A stretch of 64,000 bases of DNA from Fimicolochytrium jonesii (Eukaryota), in NCBI RefSeq assembly GCF_025526975.1, contig NW_026515683.1, forward strand, positions 620,001-684,000. The letters are read 5' to 3'. A model generated the notes under the pieces. That model was not told the origin of the DNA and searched no databases. It worked only from the letters and a program-made list of their open reading frames with translations. Positions 40,474 through 52,423 of the stretch are shown here, in pieces. The number at the start of each line of letters is the position of its first letter. Position 1 is the first letter of the stretch. The position numbers and the translations under genes were made by a program.

Positions 40474-43400
40474 CTATAATTGTACACACAGGGGGGGGCG
40501 TTCATCCGTCCGCAAAAGAAAACGTACACTCTCCGCTCTCCCCATCCTAATACAACCTAACCTAACCAGATACCTCATCCTCGACTGCCCCTCATCATAC
40601 ACAATAAACTCATCATACATCAGACTCCTATACGCGCCCTTCTTCTCCAACACCCCACTCGGCACCACCACCCCGTCCCGCATGACAACCTCCCCGCTCG
40701 GCTGGTACATCCCGACGCCATGGGTGGAATCACTCCCGCGGTGGGGCTTCTCCATGTACGTAGCGGAGTCGAACTTGTGAATCCGGCCGAGCGCGACCTC
40801 GTTGAGGATGAGGATCGCGTCGGGTTTCGCGGGCGAGGCCATGCAGTACCCGGCTGATTTGGTGATCGAGTTGGCGTGGTAGGTCCCCTTGCCAAACATG
40901 TACCCGTTCACCGGAGCCGACGGCGGCGCGATCTTCAGCCCCTGCGAGAGGATCCCCGTCCAGTTGGTCAGCCGCGACCCGTGCCAGAGGAGGTAGCGGT
41001 TCTCCCACGCCTGGTACTTTGCGAACCGCTCCGTCTCCGAGTCGCGGTTAAGCACGAGGATGTAGTCGATGTTGATCTTGAAGTGGGAATGGGTTGCGCC
41101 CTGTGAGTTTGTGACGTAGGTTTGGATCAGTTGGTATTCGTCCGACGCGGGGGACAGGACGCGCATGTCGCATTTGAGTTGCGCGTAGTGGAAATCCAGC
41201 GGGGATTGCTGCGCGCCGATCTGCTCGGAGCCCAGCAGCCGTGTCGTGATCTCCATCTGCACCAGCGTCTCCACCAGCTCCGTCTTCTTGACGAGGAGCG
41301 CCGTGCTGTCGATAGCCGGGAGCGTGCGCCCGATATGCGGTACAAGGGTATAGAACTCGTTACTGCGGTGTGCCAGCATCCCCGCGGCATCGTCTTGCGG
41401 AATCAATCCGTTCTCCCGCTTCGTCAACACGTCCCCGATACTCTTTAACACCTCAAACCCGCGGTTGAGCTGCGATTTGGAGATATTCCCCAGCGGCATC
41501 TTCTCCGTATCGATCTCGAGCTCAAACATCGTTTCCTTCATTTTGCCCACGTCGAAGATCAGTTTGATCAGATCCGCGACTTCGGGACTGAGTGTTGTTG
41601 ACGATTGGGAGAAATCGATCTCGTGGATGTCGGGCTTGCCGGCCCCGAGGGAGTCGGACGTGTAACCGACGTCCATCATGTAGTACGCCTTGGGCTGCTT
41701 GACAAAACGTCTGCGGGCACTCCACTGATTCTTCGTCTTATCCAAGAACAAACGCTCGAATTCACTCACAGCGGAATGTGTGTCGTAATACGGTTTCGTT
41801 TCGCAGACACCGTCGGTCCCGATGGGTCCGTACGCTTTGAACAGCCAGACGCGGGAGCCGTTCGTGAGGACTTGGAGTTTGTAGAACATGTTTTTCCGCG
41901 TGTCAACGAGGGCGAGGGTGGCGTCGTAGCGGTTGCCGACGGCGCCGTGGACCCTGGTGGAGTCGGGGACGCCAGCGCGGGGGTCGACGGCGCTGTCGCT
42001 TGTTACTGTTAGTTTGAGTTTTTTGGAGGAGGTTTCAGCTTGTGTTGAGTTGGTGTCCGAGGCGAGTGAATGCTTGCGCTTAGTAAGGGAAACGGCACCC
42101 GACGCGAGTTTTTCGCGGCGTTTTTTGTTGTCGGCGCTCTGGTACAGGATATAGGGTTTCCAATACTGATGTGCGTCGACGTTGATAAGGTTTTCGCCTG
42201 CGATGCAATCGTGGATCCAAGACTCATCCAGGATATCCAACCCCTGCTTTTCGGCCTGCGAGATCGCAACGGGTTTCTTTGCTTTGCTGTATGCATCGGC
42301 GGTGGTCACAACGACCTTGTGCGGAGCGTCGGAAGTGGCCAGCTCGTCGACTTTGGTGAAGGTCTGGCCTGCTTTGTCGGAGACCAGAGATTTCAGCGCT
42401 GTTTGGGATTGTGAAAGCTTTCCGACAAAGAGGAAAGCCCAGCCGTCGAAGAGTTTTTCGACGTCGCTGACTTTGAGGGTTGCCGGGACATCTTTGTCGC
42501 CACCAACTTGCTCCTCCTCCTCCTCCTCGTCCTCGTGGGTCTCCTCAGCTTCTTGTCTCGCCTCTTCCTTCATGCGAGAAGCTTTTTTACCGCGTGTCGT
42601 ACCCGGTAAGTGCATCGACTGGACCTTCTCCGACAACTCCTGCCTGACTTGCATGATCGCATCCTTCTTGGGAAACACGCGTTTACCTTTCGTCGCCAAT
42701 GAAGCCTTGACGAGCTCCCGAAGCTTTTCCAAAAACCCCTTGTACCGATCTGAATTCTGCTTTGCGGCGCTTTTTGCCTTTTGCGCCTTCTTCGACGCTT
42801 TTCGTTCCTCCTCGGAGTCTGCTTCCTCGCTCGAGGAATTGTTATCGCTATAGTTACGTGAGCGTCTCCTGGAACTGGTTTTGGGACGAGCAGGGATGTT
42901 GGTCAATTGAGCAAAGCGAAGGTTGGATGGTTGGCAGATATCGCTCGTTCGGTCTACCTTCGCACGGTCACCCTTTGCATGTTGCAGCTCCCCGCCATCG
43001 CTCGCTAACGCTCACCTCGCTAACGCCCGCGTACGCACCTGCTTTCCTGCTGCGGTAAGAGACATCTGAGGTCCGGCACGTCCATCGGCACCAAGTCTTC
43101 CTCGGTCAAGTCCTGGGTGTACGGACACGGGCCCCATACCAGCTCCGCCGGGCAACCATAAGCGAATTCTTTGGGCACAAGCCTCGAAGAACCGCAGTCG
43201 GCATACTGACAGAGCGGCGGCCGGCCGAACGCGATGAGCTCTGCGACCGTGGCGAGGGCCTGGGCGGTGGTATAATGTTCGGGTATTTTGACGCCGACTT
43301 CATGCAGGATGGTGGCAAAGATGCGTTTTGTTGGGGATTGGAGGTGGTATTCAGCGAGCAGTTGCTCTAGTTTGCCGCGCAGAGCGGCGAGGGTATCCGA

Positions 43401-43784
43401 TTGTTCGCGCAGTGCTTTTGCTTCCGGATCGTCGTCGGCTTCGGGAACTGGCTTTGACGGGTCGCCATCGGCATTCTCGGCCTGGGATGCGGACGGCTCT
43501 GGGTTCTTTTCTTTGAACAGAGCCAACAGCTCCGTTTGCTTCGCTGAAGGTAATGAATAAAATCCGCTTATGGCCGCCGGCGAGTAGTTGAGCAACTTCA
43601 CGTACGTGGCCTGGCTGACGAAGCACGGGACATGGTGCCAACCGGGGTATGAGATGCCCGACTGTTCGTTGTGGATGAGCTTGCCGAGACGGACCGAGCC
43701 CTTTGCGATCTGCTTTTTGCAGCGGATGCACTTGCTGCGGTCTGACTTTGCGAGGTCGACAGAGAACTCGCTGGACGACGACAT
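40474..43784 (-). CDS. Poly(ADP-ribose) polymerase, PARP1-like (zf-PARP, Zn3/PADR1-like, BRCT, WGR-like, regulatory and catalytic domains)
   Basis: AKSDRSKCIRCKKQI...WHHVPC; FGRPPLC...C...C...C; ILDESWIHDC; FYKLQVL; KMPLGNISK; WHGSRLTNW, GYMFGKGTY, YDEFIVY (H-Y-E triad); intron ~42875-43038. Confidence 0.93.
42875..43038 (-). repeat. PARP intron, probable member of shared intron-sequence family
   Basis: Sense GCGGGCGTTAGCGAGG and AGCGATGGCGGGGAG versus ALKBH6 intron GCGAGCGTTAGCGAGG and AGCGATGGCGAGGAG; CAACCATCCAACC shared with the RNR2 intron. Confidence 0.6.
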
Positions 43785-44204
43785 TGCTGACAGTGGGAGC
43801 GAGTTACAGTACCTCCCTTCACCTTTCGCAGTGCCTGCCTGTCCTCCGAAGGCTCCGGGTGGCCGTCTGTCTGTCTGTCTTAGTAAGTTCCTTCTCCGCA
43901 GGGGTCCTTGCTTAGTCAGCGCCGCAACGCGTCAACGCGAACCCTCCCACGCCCCGACCTGCCACTTCTTCCCACCGGCTTCCATCGACCGCTCGCTGTG
44001 AAACAAACGAGGCTGATGAGGGCCGGCAGACCCGGACCGCCAAGCATTCACCTTCTGTTGTCAGTTAGTCCGTCCATCGAGAGTCAGGGCCAAGAAAGGA
44101 TGCCGAGGCGATATATACGGCATACGGAAGTTGCGGTCCCCCTTGGACCCGCCCCGCCGACTTCTTAATAACCAAATATATCTGCTGTTAGTAAAAGAAA
44201 AAAT

Positions 44205-45324
44205 ATGCCCGCCGTCTACTGTCTCATCTACGGAGACGATGGTAGCCGTGCCTTCTCTGTCAATGTCCCATCCGGCGTGTCTTTTACGGTCGCCCAATTG
44301 CGACAGCTCATCTTCTCGCAGTTGCCGAGCAGGTTCTCTGAGCGCTTTGGGGTGGTACGTACTCCCCTCTCAGATTTTGGCGTCCTCCAAAGCAGCTAAT
44401 TGAACAATTTTTCGATTATGGATTTAGGCAGACATCGCGCTTTACCGAGTGGACGAGGACAACGCACTCTCCACCGCTGACGAGCGCCTGCGACAGCGTA
44501 GCCCTCTTCCATCCATCGATGCCACGTTCCTTGTAACCGGCCTCTACGACCCGCTAGCTGAGGTCTGGGATTTTCTATCAGAAGAAAAATGCAAAGGCAG
44601 AGCTCGGATCGATATCCTGGTCCAACTCCCAACCGACGCCGACGAGCACGAACTCGATGCGCAAGAAGTACGACCTACCGCGCTGCCGCCGGCTTATGCT
44701 GTGGTCGAACGGGTCTCTCAACATCAAAACCAACTGCCCGTTGCAGCGTCGGGGAAGTTCTCGTCCCGTGCTGCTCATGCACCCGGAACATCGGCCGCTA
44801 GCCACCCGAAATTCTTCCACACGCAACCTGCATCGCAAAGCTCCGCAACCCAAAACACAGACAGACCCGTCCCCATGAAAGACCAGCGCCCTAACCCTAC
44901 CCGCCCCGTGGCCGCTCGCCCTATCAACGGTCCCACCGCGACTTGCCATTCAACACCGGCCCAAGCATCCCGCGCCGGCAGTCCCGCAGTCCCGCTCTTC
45001 TCCATCTCCACCGCCAACGAAGCCGAAAAGCGGTTCTCAACAGACGCGGACGGCCACACCAGGACCCCCTCCTGCCTCCCGCCTGCAGGATCCACGAAAC
45101 GTCGCTATGTTATCCTCGTCGCCGTCCTCGCCGTGCTGGCGGTAGTGGCTGGGACGGCTGTGGGGGTCGTGGTGAGCAGAAAGGCGCCTTCGGGTTCTGA
45201 GAGTGGTGGATTCAAGTCCATCACCTCGAAAGTCGCCGGCCCGACACCCGTTCCTACCCCCGTGACGGTCGGGATACAACCACCATATAATGTGACGGCC
45301 AATGCCACGAGGTCCGCGCGCTAG
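44205..45324 (+). CDS. Crinkler (CRN)-type N-terminal domain protein with low-complexity linker and one C-terminal transmembrane helix
   Basis: MPAVYCLIYGD...AFSVNV...TVAQLRQLI|ADIALYRV...RIDILVQLP (LxLFLAK- and HVLVxxP-equivalent motifs); intron 44355-44427; TM segment RRYVILVAVLAVLAVVAGTAVGVVV. Confidence 0.75.
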
Positions 45325-46222
45325 CCCATGACCCCCGTCCGGGCACTGTAGGCTTAGTGTCGGGGGTGATAACTGGGTGAACCGTGGGAGTTGGCGTCGG
45401 GCGCGGTTGCGGGGGATGTGGCGAGGAGGGGAAGTAGAGAAGTTGGGTGAGGGGGGAGGGGGGAGGGATGGGGGGTGAGGATTAGATTTTGTGATCGATA
45501 GATGGGCGGTATTCGTTACCCTACCCCGTTAGACAAGTTCAGATGGTGAGCATGCATCCTGGATCATAGCTATGCCGCCCTTGTCCACATTCCGGCGTAG
45601 ATATCCTCTGTTGACATCACGGCTTCTTTGTACGTGTGCCATACAATAGTAAGCCCCCAGAATATGGTATGGGGAAACGAAACGAATACCAGCTTCAAGC
45701 TCGTTTGACCCATCCATAATCGATTAAGGGCCGGCAACATTGCTTCTTTCAAGCAAACACAGCCGGCACGTATAGACCAGCTACGTAAGTATCGGCCTTC
45801 TGCAGCTGAAGTGTAGGCTTATAGCAAGGCTTCTTATGTCGGACAATGACACCCGGGAGAAATTGGGCGGGTCCCAAAAAGCAGGTGGGCGTTCTAGGAA
45901 GGGTATCACCCAGACTGGGCGCTTTCTCTGAACGTAGTATGAAGCGGGCATTTCGAAGAATGTAGCATCAACATCGCTTCGCTCCCTCATTTCCATTAGA
46001 CCCAATTTTGATTGATCATGGGTGCTACGCCGCATCCCGCTGCATACAGAGATCAGAAAATCATACTGAGAAGATGGGGACTTTCATAATCTACGGAAGC
46101 GTACTATAGTTTTGCGAGGATAGGTCAAGAGCAATAAGCAAATGGAAGAATAAGCCTACTTGCGCCCCCGCCTTAGCCGGGCCAAAATGCTGATGGTCTC
46201 GCGGCACCGGCGCTAACCCATC

Positions 46223-46993
46223 CTATCGTTTCAAAATCACCCACGGGAGCTTGTAACCTTTCGGCATGAAAGAAAAAAACATTTCCAACCTCTCCAACTC
46301 CTTCTCCTTAGTCCAATCCCCACCCTGCTCATCCGCCAGCCATTCCGCATGCTCGCTCCAGTAGCACACCTCGGGAGAGAACGTGTCCCCACACTCGGTA
46401 ACCAGTGTCCAGTACGTTTTCGGATCGATATTGCCTACGCTGATCTCCGCCATATGCGTATCACCTTGTCCACCCAGATCGATCCCCGCTTCGTCCAAAA
46501 TCTCCGCCCCGCGCCTCAGTTCCTTTGCTTTGTCCTCCATCTGGGCAGCCCAGCTTCTCAAGGCCGCCTGGGCGTTCTTCTCTTCGCGCAGGTGCTTGCC
46601 GAACTCGTCGCCTTGCTTCCAGTGCGCCCAGATACTGATGCGAGAGGGATCGCCGAATGTGCCGTCGGCGGACATCCAGTGCGGGCGCGGGGAAGGGAGT
46701 GCGCCGGGATCTTCGTCGTCCTTGTCGCCTTCTGCGCTGGCGACGGTGTTTTCGTCGTGCGTCTCTTTCTTTGCGTCGGGAGGAGACACAGTGGGAGCCT
46801 CTCCAGCGTTTCCGGTGTTGGCAGTGTAAGAGCGGATGATTTGATAGAACTTGATAGACGGGAGCCCTGCAATGCGAGGCACCGAAAGGAAAGTCTTGTT
46901 TGCAGTGCTGAAAGAGCTGTCGAAAAGTGGACGCTGTAGACCAGCTTGAAGGCGGAGAGGCCGTGAACGCAGGATATGACGGGCGTGCAACAT
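46223..46993 (-). CDS. Hypothetical protein with probable mitochondrial presequence
   Basis: ATG-started 256-aa ORF; Arg/Leu/Ser-rich N-terminus ending IIRSYT; acidic globular C-terminus. Confidence 0.6.
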   Translation of the reverse strand: MLHARHILRSRPLRLQAGLQRPLFDSSFSTANKTFLSVPRIAGLPSIKFYQIIRSYTANTGNAGEAPTVSPPDAKKETHDENTVASAEGDKDDEDPGALPSPRPHWMSADGTFGDPSRISIWAHWKQGDEFGKHLREEKNAQAALRSWAAQMEDKAKELRRGAEILDEAGIDLGGQGDTHMAEISVGNIDPKTYWTLVTECGDTFSPEVCYWSEHAEWLADEQGGDWTKEKELERLEMFFSFMPKGYKLPWVILKR

Positions 46994-47430
46994 TGTTGAG
47001 CTTTGGCGCAGTTTTTGGCAATGGGGGGGAAGGATGCGGGCTGGGGAGCTTGGGGTTTAGTCCAGGGGACGCAGCACACAGGTAAAAGAAGCAGCGTCCG
47101 AATCAACAAGTCCAAGGAAAGAGACAAGGAGGGGCGGACCAAAAATTCGACAGCCGTCAATGCACGTGACATCCATATTTCTGCTTGTGATGCGGAGAGA
47201 TTTCGACAGCGTGCGGGCAACGTGATGGCCTCGTCATTTGTGCGAGTCCTCCCACAACGATGCGGCGGTGTGACGGTCGTCCCTCAGCGACGTGCGCTTT
47301 GCTGCAATCCCTTAGGGAAAGTCCGTCGCTATAAAAGCTCAGCGAGGGCACCCCCCCCCCCCCCGCTCCTCATCCAGGTGTCCCCAAACACTCTTCTCAA
47401 CAGCGAAAGCACAGCGACCAACCAAGAACC

Positions 47431-49005
47431 ATGTTGTGCGTCTTCCCACCCATCCCGCTCCCCAAAATCCCGCATTTCTTCTCCAAACCAAAAACGTTCC
47501 CACTCTCCCCATCCACCAACGTCCACATCCGTTCCGCAACCTTCCCAGACTGCTATCTCCGCATCGATGGCGCCGGAGTCGATCCCTCAAGCGGGTCTGT
47601 GAACTGCCAGGAACGGGTGGCTGTAAGCGGTTTGGAGGAGTTTCAGCTGAAGAGTGCGGCGGATGGGACGATGGGTATTGTCTCTGTTGCGTTTCCGAAC
47701 GTGTATCTGAAAATGGACGGGGACGACGTGCAGGGGCACTGTGACGCTGACGCCGGCGCTGGTGTTGTTGGTTGTCAACTCGGTTGTGGGCCGTTGGCGC
47801 AATTCAAGCTTGAGCCGCAAGCTGACGGGACCACGGCGATCTCATCGGTGGCCTTTCCGGATATCTATCTGCGCATGGATGGCCGAGAAGGGCAACGCGG
47901 GACAGGATACCCAGTCGGGTTTGGGGTGGTCAACTGTTCGACCTCGGTCGGGCCTTGGGAGAAGTTTATCATCTCGGAGGTGTCCGTACCTCTGACCCGA
48001 GAAGAACTCGAAAGGGCAATAGGGACCTATGGACCTACGTTGCTTCTCCACCCGGACGAAAAGTACAACAACACCTCCGTCGAGTACTTTCTCCAGCATG
48101 CTACGCTCGTGTCCAAACGCGGCGCCGAGATCCCCCATCCGACCGTCGATCAGTTGCCCCAGAGCGGAGATCCCGGGGAGTACTGGCTACGTCTCGACTT
48201 GGAGGCAGCCAAAGCCGGCGATTTCACTGCCGCAAAGGCCTACGTCCGCGCGCACTGGGTCCCGGGTCAGACCTACACCGACCTCCAATTCTGGCTCTTC
48301 TCCGCGTACAACGGCCCCGGCTCCGCGCACATCAACGGCCTAGTCTTCAACAAAATCGTTCATTCCGGCGACGTGGTCCTCGAGCCCCTCGGCGAGCATT
48401 TTGGGGATTGGGAATGCATTGTCGTCCGGATCGATCACCAGTCCAAGGAGATGAGTGGGGTTTGGCTGTCGCAGCATGCCAAGGGCCGCTTCTACACCCG
48501 GGACGAGATATACAGCAATTTCAAATTATTGAGAGCTACACACCCAATCGTGTACTCGTCTCTCAACGGCCACGCCAATTACGCCTCCCCGGGCTTGAAC
48601 CCCTCGGAGTACCACAAGGTTCCGCCGGGGGGTATACCCGCGGGGATCGAGTTCGAGCTCCGCAACGATACCGCGGAGGGGGGCAGGATCCTCGATTGCT
48701 CGCAGAAGTACGAGCTCATCTCCGCCGATTTCCTCACGGGCGCGGATGCGATTCGCGAGCCGAAGTGGGTGACGTACCCGTTCCGGTGGGGTCCGGAGGG
48801 CACGGCGACACATATGAGTCCGCACGATGTGGGGGAGATCCTGCGGGCGGCGTTCGGCGAGCGGGTGCCGGAGGGCGTCGTGAAGGTGGTGGATGAGTTG
48901 GCAGCGCTTGTTCTGCCGTATTTCGTGAAGGATGATCTGAACGGCGCGGAAGCCCCGCAAACGCATGATGCTTGGCGCGGAAGCTATCCGACGTACGGGA
49001 CGTAG
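47431..49005 (+). CDS. Fascin-like beta-trefoil plus Vps62-related domain protein
   Basis: Three repeats of I-x-S-x-(A/T)-FP-x-x-YL(R/K)(I/M)DG...V(N/G)C...F; then LHPDEKY, DLQFWLFSAYNGP, GEHFGDWE, LSQH, PIVYSSLNGHANY; no introns. Confidence 0.8.
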   Translation: MLCVFPPIPLPKIPHFFSKPKTFPLSPSTNVHIRSATFPDCYLRIDGAGVDPSSGSVNCQERVAVSGLEEFQLKSAADGTMGIVSVAFPNVYLKMDGDDVQGHCDADAGAGVVGCQLGCGPLAQFKLEPQADGTTAISSVAFPDIYLRMDGREGQRGTGYPVGFGVVNCSTSVGPWEKFIISEVSVPLTREELERAIGTYGPTLLLHPDEKYNNTSVEYFLQHATLVSKRGAEIPHPTVDQLPQSGDPGEYWLRLDLEAAKAGDFTAAKAYVRAHWVPGQTYTDLQFWLFSAYNGPGSAHINGLVFNKIVHSGDVVLEPLGEHFGDWECIVVRIDHQSKEMSGVWLSQHAKGRFYTRDEIYSNFKLLRATHPIVYSSLNGHANYASPGLNPSEYHKVPPGGIPAGIEFELRNDTAEGGRILDCSQKYELISADFLTGADAIREPKWVTYPFRWGPEGTATHMSPHDVGEILRAAFGERVPEGVVKVVDELAALVLPYFVKDDLNGAEAPQTHDAWRGSYPTYGT

Positions 49006-49892
49006 GAATGGGCTCGGCGTTTGGCGGTTTTCGCGAGATCAAGTGTGTGTTTACTGCCGCTACCTCCCTTCGTGGCCGCAATTAGCCAGTGCACATCCCT
49101 ACGGAACGTAGGCCGGAGCGTAAGCCGGAGAGACGTGCTCTTGAGCGCGGGAACAAAACGTGTGAGGAATGTCACCCCGTCAAAGCGCGGTGGAGTGCAT
49201 GATCTATTGCCATGCAGAGTAAAAAGCTCGGGAAATTGGAAGTGGGACAGGTCTGCTGGAACGCATTCCCAATCGATGCGATGAGTGAGACCGTGGAAGC
49301 CGTTTCTTGTTCCCATTGCCGGTCGCTCCGAACCTATGCTGGCAGCGCTACGCAATCCACATCTTTTCCCGGCGTAATCATAGAGGTACCTTCTGGCTCA
49401 TCTGCAGAGCGTACTGTACATACCCCTAGCTAATGTAGTTATCACGACATTGGGCTGTATAAGTACGAAAATACGAGGTTCGGTGATGGCGGACTTTGCC
49501 TAACCAAACCCCTGACAGACTCCTGCAGGAGAGAAACAGTGCGTGCACATGTGAGATGGCTGAGCGTAGGGGTCCTGTTCAGAGAATCCACTCCATTATC
49601 GCCAACGCTGCTGAGACGATTCATGTAATCTCCTCGTACGCATCTATCTATCAGTTGCAAGCCGTTTCCACCGTGTTTAGTAACTGTGCCCTATTCCGCG
49701 TGATGTCTCGCTTGTCTTTTGCCCTTCGTTGTGCTGGGACATTTCAATTCTTACTGACCGGGTTAGACCCACACAACATTACGCAACCTGAGCCTACCAG
49801 AGCCAACTGCTTACCGAGGTATATCCACTTTTGGAACAAACGACCGTATCTTGGTGCCCACCGACGGTCAAAAAATCTTCGGAAACCGTACG

Positions 49893-50915
49893 ATGGCCTC
49901 GATGATGAAGGCCGTGCTCTGGACGGCGTACGGGGATCCCACCGTCCTCAAAATAGGTCAACTCCCGAAACCCGTACCCAACCGCAACCAAATCCTTGTT
50001 AAAGTCAAAGCGGCCGGTCTGACGGTGGGAGACACGGAACTTCGCAAGGCAGAGATGCCGCTGCCCTCGATCTTCAACCTGATGTTGCGTTTGATCGTCG
50101 GCATCACGAAACCTACAAGGTTTCGGGTCTTGGGACAGGAATTCTCGGGCGTCGTTGCAGAGGTCGGCGAAGGATGCGAGGGAGTCGCCCTCGGTGACGC
50201 CGTGTTCGGGTCCACGGGCTGGCCCTTCGGAGCCGATGCCGAGTACGTCCTCAAGGAGTGGCCGAGCAGAGGCGCGGGTGGTACGGGGGGAAGAATCGCA
50301 TTCAAACCTTCGAACCTGACGTTTCAGGAGGCGGCTGCATCGCCGACTGGAGGATTGGAAGCAGTGCATCTCGTCAAGGCCGCGAAGGTGAAACCCGGCG
50401 ACCACGTGCTCGTCGTGGGCGCGGCGGGCAGCATCGGGACGTTTGCCGTGCAGCTCCTGAAGCATCTCGGAGCGGTGGTGACCGGGGTGGATGTGGAAGA
50501 AAAGTTTGACACAATGCGCGCCGTCGGTGTTGATCACTTTGTAGACTACACGAAGGAGGATTACCTCAAATCTGGTCGGCAATACGATGTGGTCATCGAC
50601 GTTCCATCCACGGGCCCCTTCTCGCACCATCTACTGAAATCCGGCGGTCGGTATCTGCTCGGCAACCTCAATCTCAGAACCATGTTGCAGGGTCTCCTGT
50701 TCACCCCTTCGGACAAACGAGTGGCGTTCGAGGCCGGGAAGGGTAGTTTGGAAGATTGGGACGATCTTGTTGTCATGTTGAAAGAAGGCATTCTCAAACC
50801 CGTGATGGACAAGGCGTATGGGTGGGAAGCGGCGTCTGAGGCACACGCCTACGTGGAGTCGGGAAAGAAGCGAGGCAATGTTGTCCTCGTCGTCGACGCG
50901 GATGAAAGCAACTGA
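49893..50915 (+). CDS. NAD(P)-dependent medium-chain reductase (zinc-independent, quinone oxidoreductase-like)
   Basis: MKAV...YGDP, LGQEFSGVV, GADAEY, VVGAAGSIGTFAVQL, AHAYVESGKKRGNVV; no introns. Confidence 0.92.
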   Translation: MASMMKAVLWTAYGDPTVLKIGQLPKPVPNRNQILVKVKAAGLTVGDTELRKAEMPLPSIFNLMLRLIVGITKPTRFRVLGQEFSGVVAEVGEGCEGVALGDAVFGSTGWPFGADAEYVLKEWPSRGAGGTGGRIAFKPSNLTFQEAAASPTGGLEAVHLVKAAKVKPGDHVLVVGAAGSIGTFAVQLLKHLGAVVTGVDVEEKFDTMRAVGVDHFVDYTKEDYLKSGRQYDVVIDVPSTGPFSHHLLKSGGRYLLGNLNLRTMLQGLLFTPSDKRVAFEAGKGSLEDWDDLVVMLKEGILKPVMDKAYGWEAASEAHAYVESGKKRGNVVLVVDADESN

Positions 50916-52423
50916 GAAGGGTCCGATCGGGGCTGGATGGCAGTTGATGGTGGACATTCTCCGCAGGTCTTATATCGGGTTTTGTCTCTACTGCTCAGCC
51001 GATCATTCGTCTTGCTGGCGTAGTTTTATTTTCCCATGTTGGTGGTTTCGTTCGAGAGCCCCACATTCCCATCAGCGCTGTATGTGCATTGAAGGCGGCT
51101 GTCTGGTCCGACCATTCATTGCGGCTGCAGTCATAAGTTGAGCCTGACCCGAGCGATTTCCTGGGTACTGGGGATTTATGGTAGGGGATTTGCGGTGGGG
51201 AATTCCCCTTTGCCTTGATAGCTATGTCCGATAATACTTACAGTACGCTGCCAGATATCTCGTTACGACGGGTTGTTGATCCTCCCTGTGCAACCCAGAA
51301 GTCACCGGCCAGCTGTCAGTCCTGTCCTGGGCCAGCGGTCGTGCTGAAAGGGTTTGCATGGGGGTCGGCCACTTGGGTTCACAGGACTCCACTTCATTTA
51401 CAAGAACGCCAAAAACCGTGTGTGTTTCGTGTTTTGAGCCTGTGATTATGTCAGCCATCATCATGACTCACGCAACAGAAAAGGCCACCGCAACAGCTGC
51501 AACGCACGCCTTTCCCTTTTCCATCTCATCCTCTTGCGTTTACCGAACTCGGCATTTTCCCTTTGAATGGGAACGGTGACTCCGGTAATCCGGAGTATAG
51601 CACCGTTCGTTGGTTCATAAAGCGTGAGACTGAACGAAGGAAGAAATCCGCGCCAACTTTTTCGTGTTTTTAGCCAACGGGCGTTGAAAATGTTCGCCGT
51701 AACGCTGATGGGTATCTTTTTGTCGGCGGACTGATGTACATATATGTACTCTCCGTGGTCTCCTATATACGCTGGTTATCAAATGTACATCGAAATCGCT
51801 TCCGCAATAACCGATGGGCGCGGTGTTCCTTCTCAGCACGCAGTGGGCTGCCTTCTTGGTCTCCGCTTGCCGTCTTTCGCCAGCCCAATATCGATCGCCG
51901 CATGCCCACATAATGCCCACATTATTGAAGTCCTCTGCTCATCAAATCCTGACAATCTGCTCAGTGCTGACTCGGAGAAAAACCCTCAACGACGCCAACC
52001 ACATTCTGGATAAGCAGTGTAACAAAGCCATCGATCTAAAAAATTCCACCTTTTGCGCACGAAATCTTTGAGTGCCAAACGAGGCTTCCAACCCTCCGAA
52101 GGCTTGTTCATGCGCGTTTTTAAGAGACCACTCGTTGATCTTTTCCAATTGGGAAGAAAACTTCCTAGCGTACATCAAATATTCATCAATCTATTGGGGT
52201 CTAGCTCTTTCAACGCAACCACCTACACCCCTTAATACACCTCAGACACCTTTTTTTTTCGGGTTCCCGATCGCACTGGCGATGGCTTGCGATAGGCAAC
52301 GCTTGGACTCTCCACATTGCGGAGTTTAGATCCCACCATGACGCGTTATAAAACCTCAACGAAAGCAAGCTCCACCCCTCTCATCCCCATCCCGGCAGTC
52401 CTCCACCAACAGGCCCCACAACG

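Noticed and set aside
51942..52178. EQAFGGL...LLH resemblance to a PIF/Harbinger transposase C-terminus
   Set aside because: Too short and no DDE core seen.
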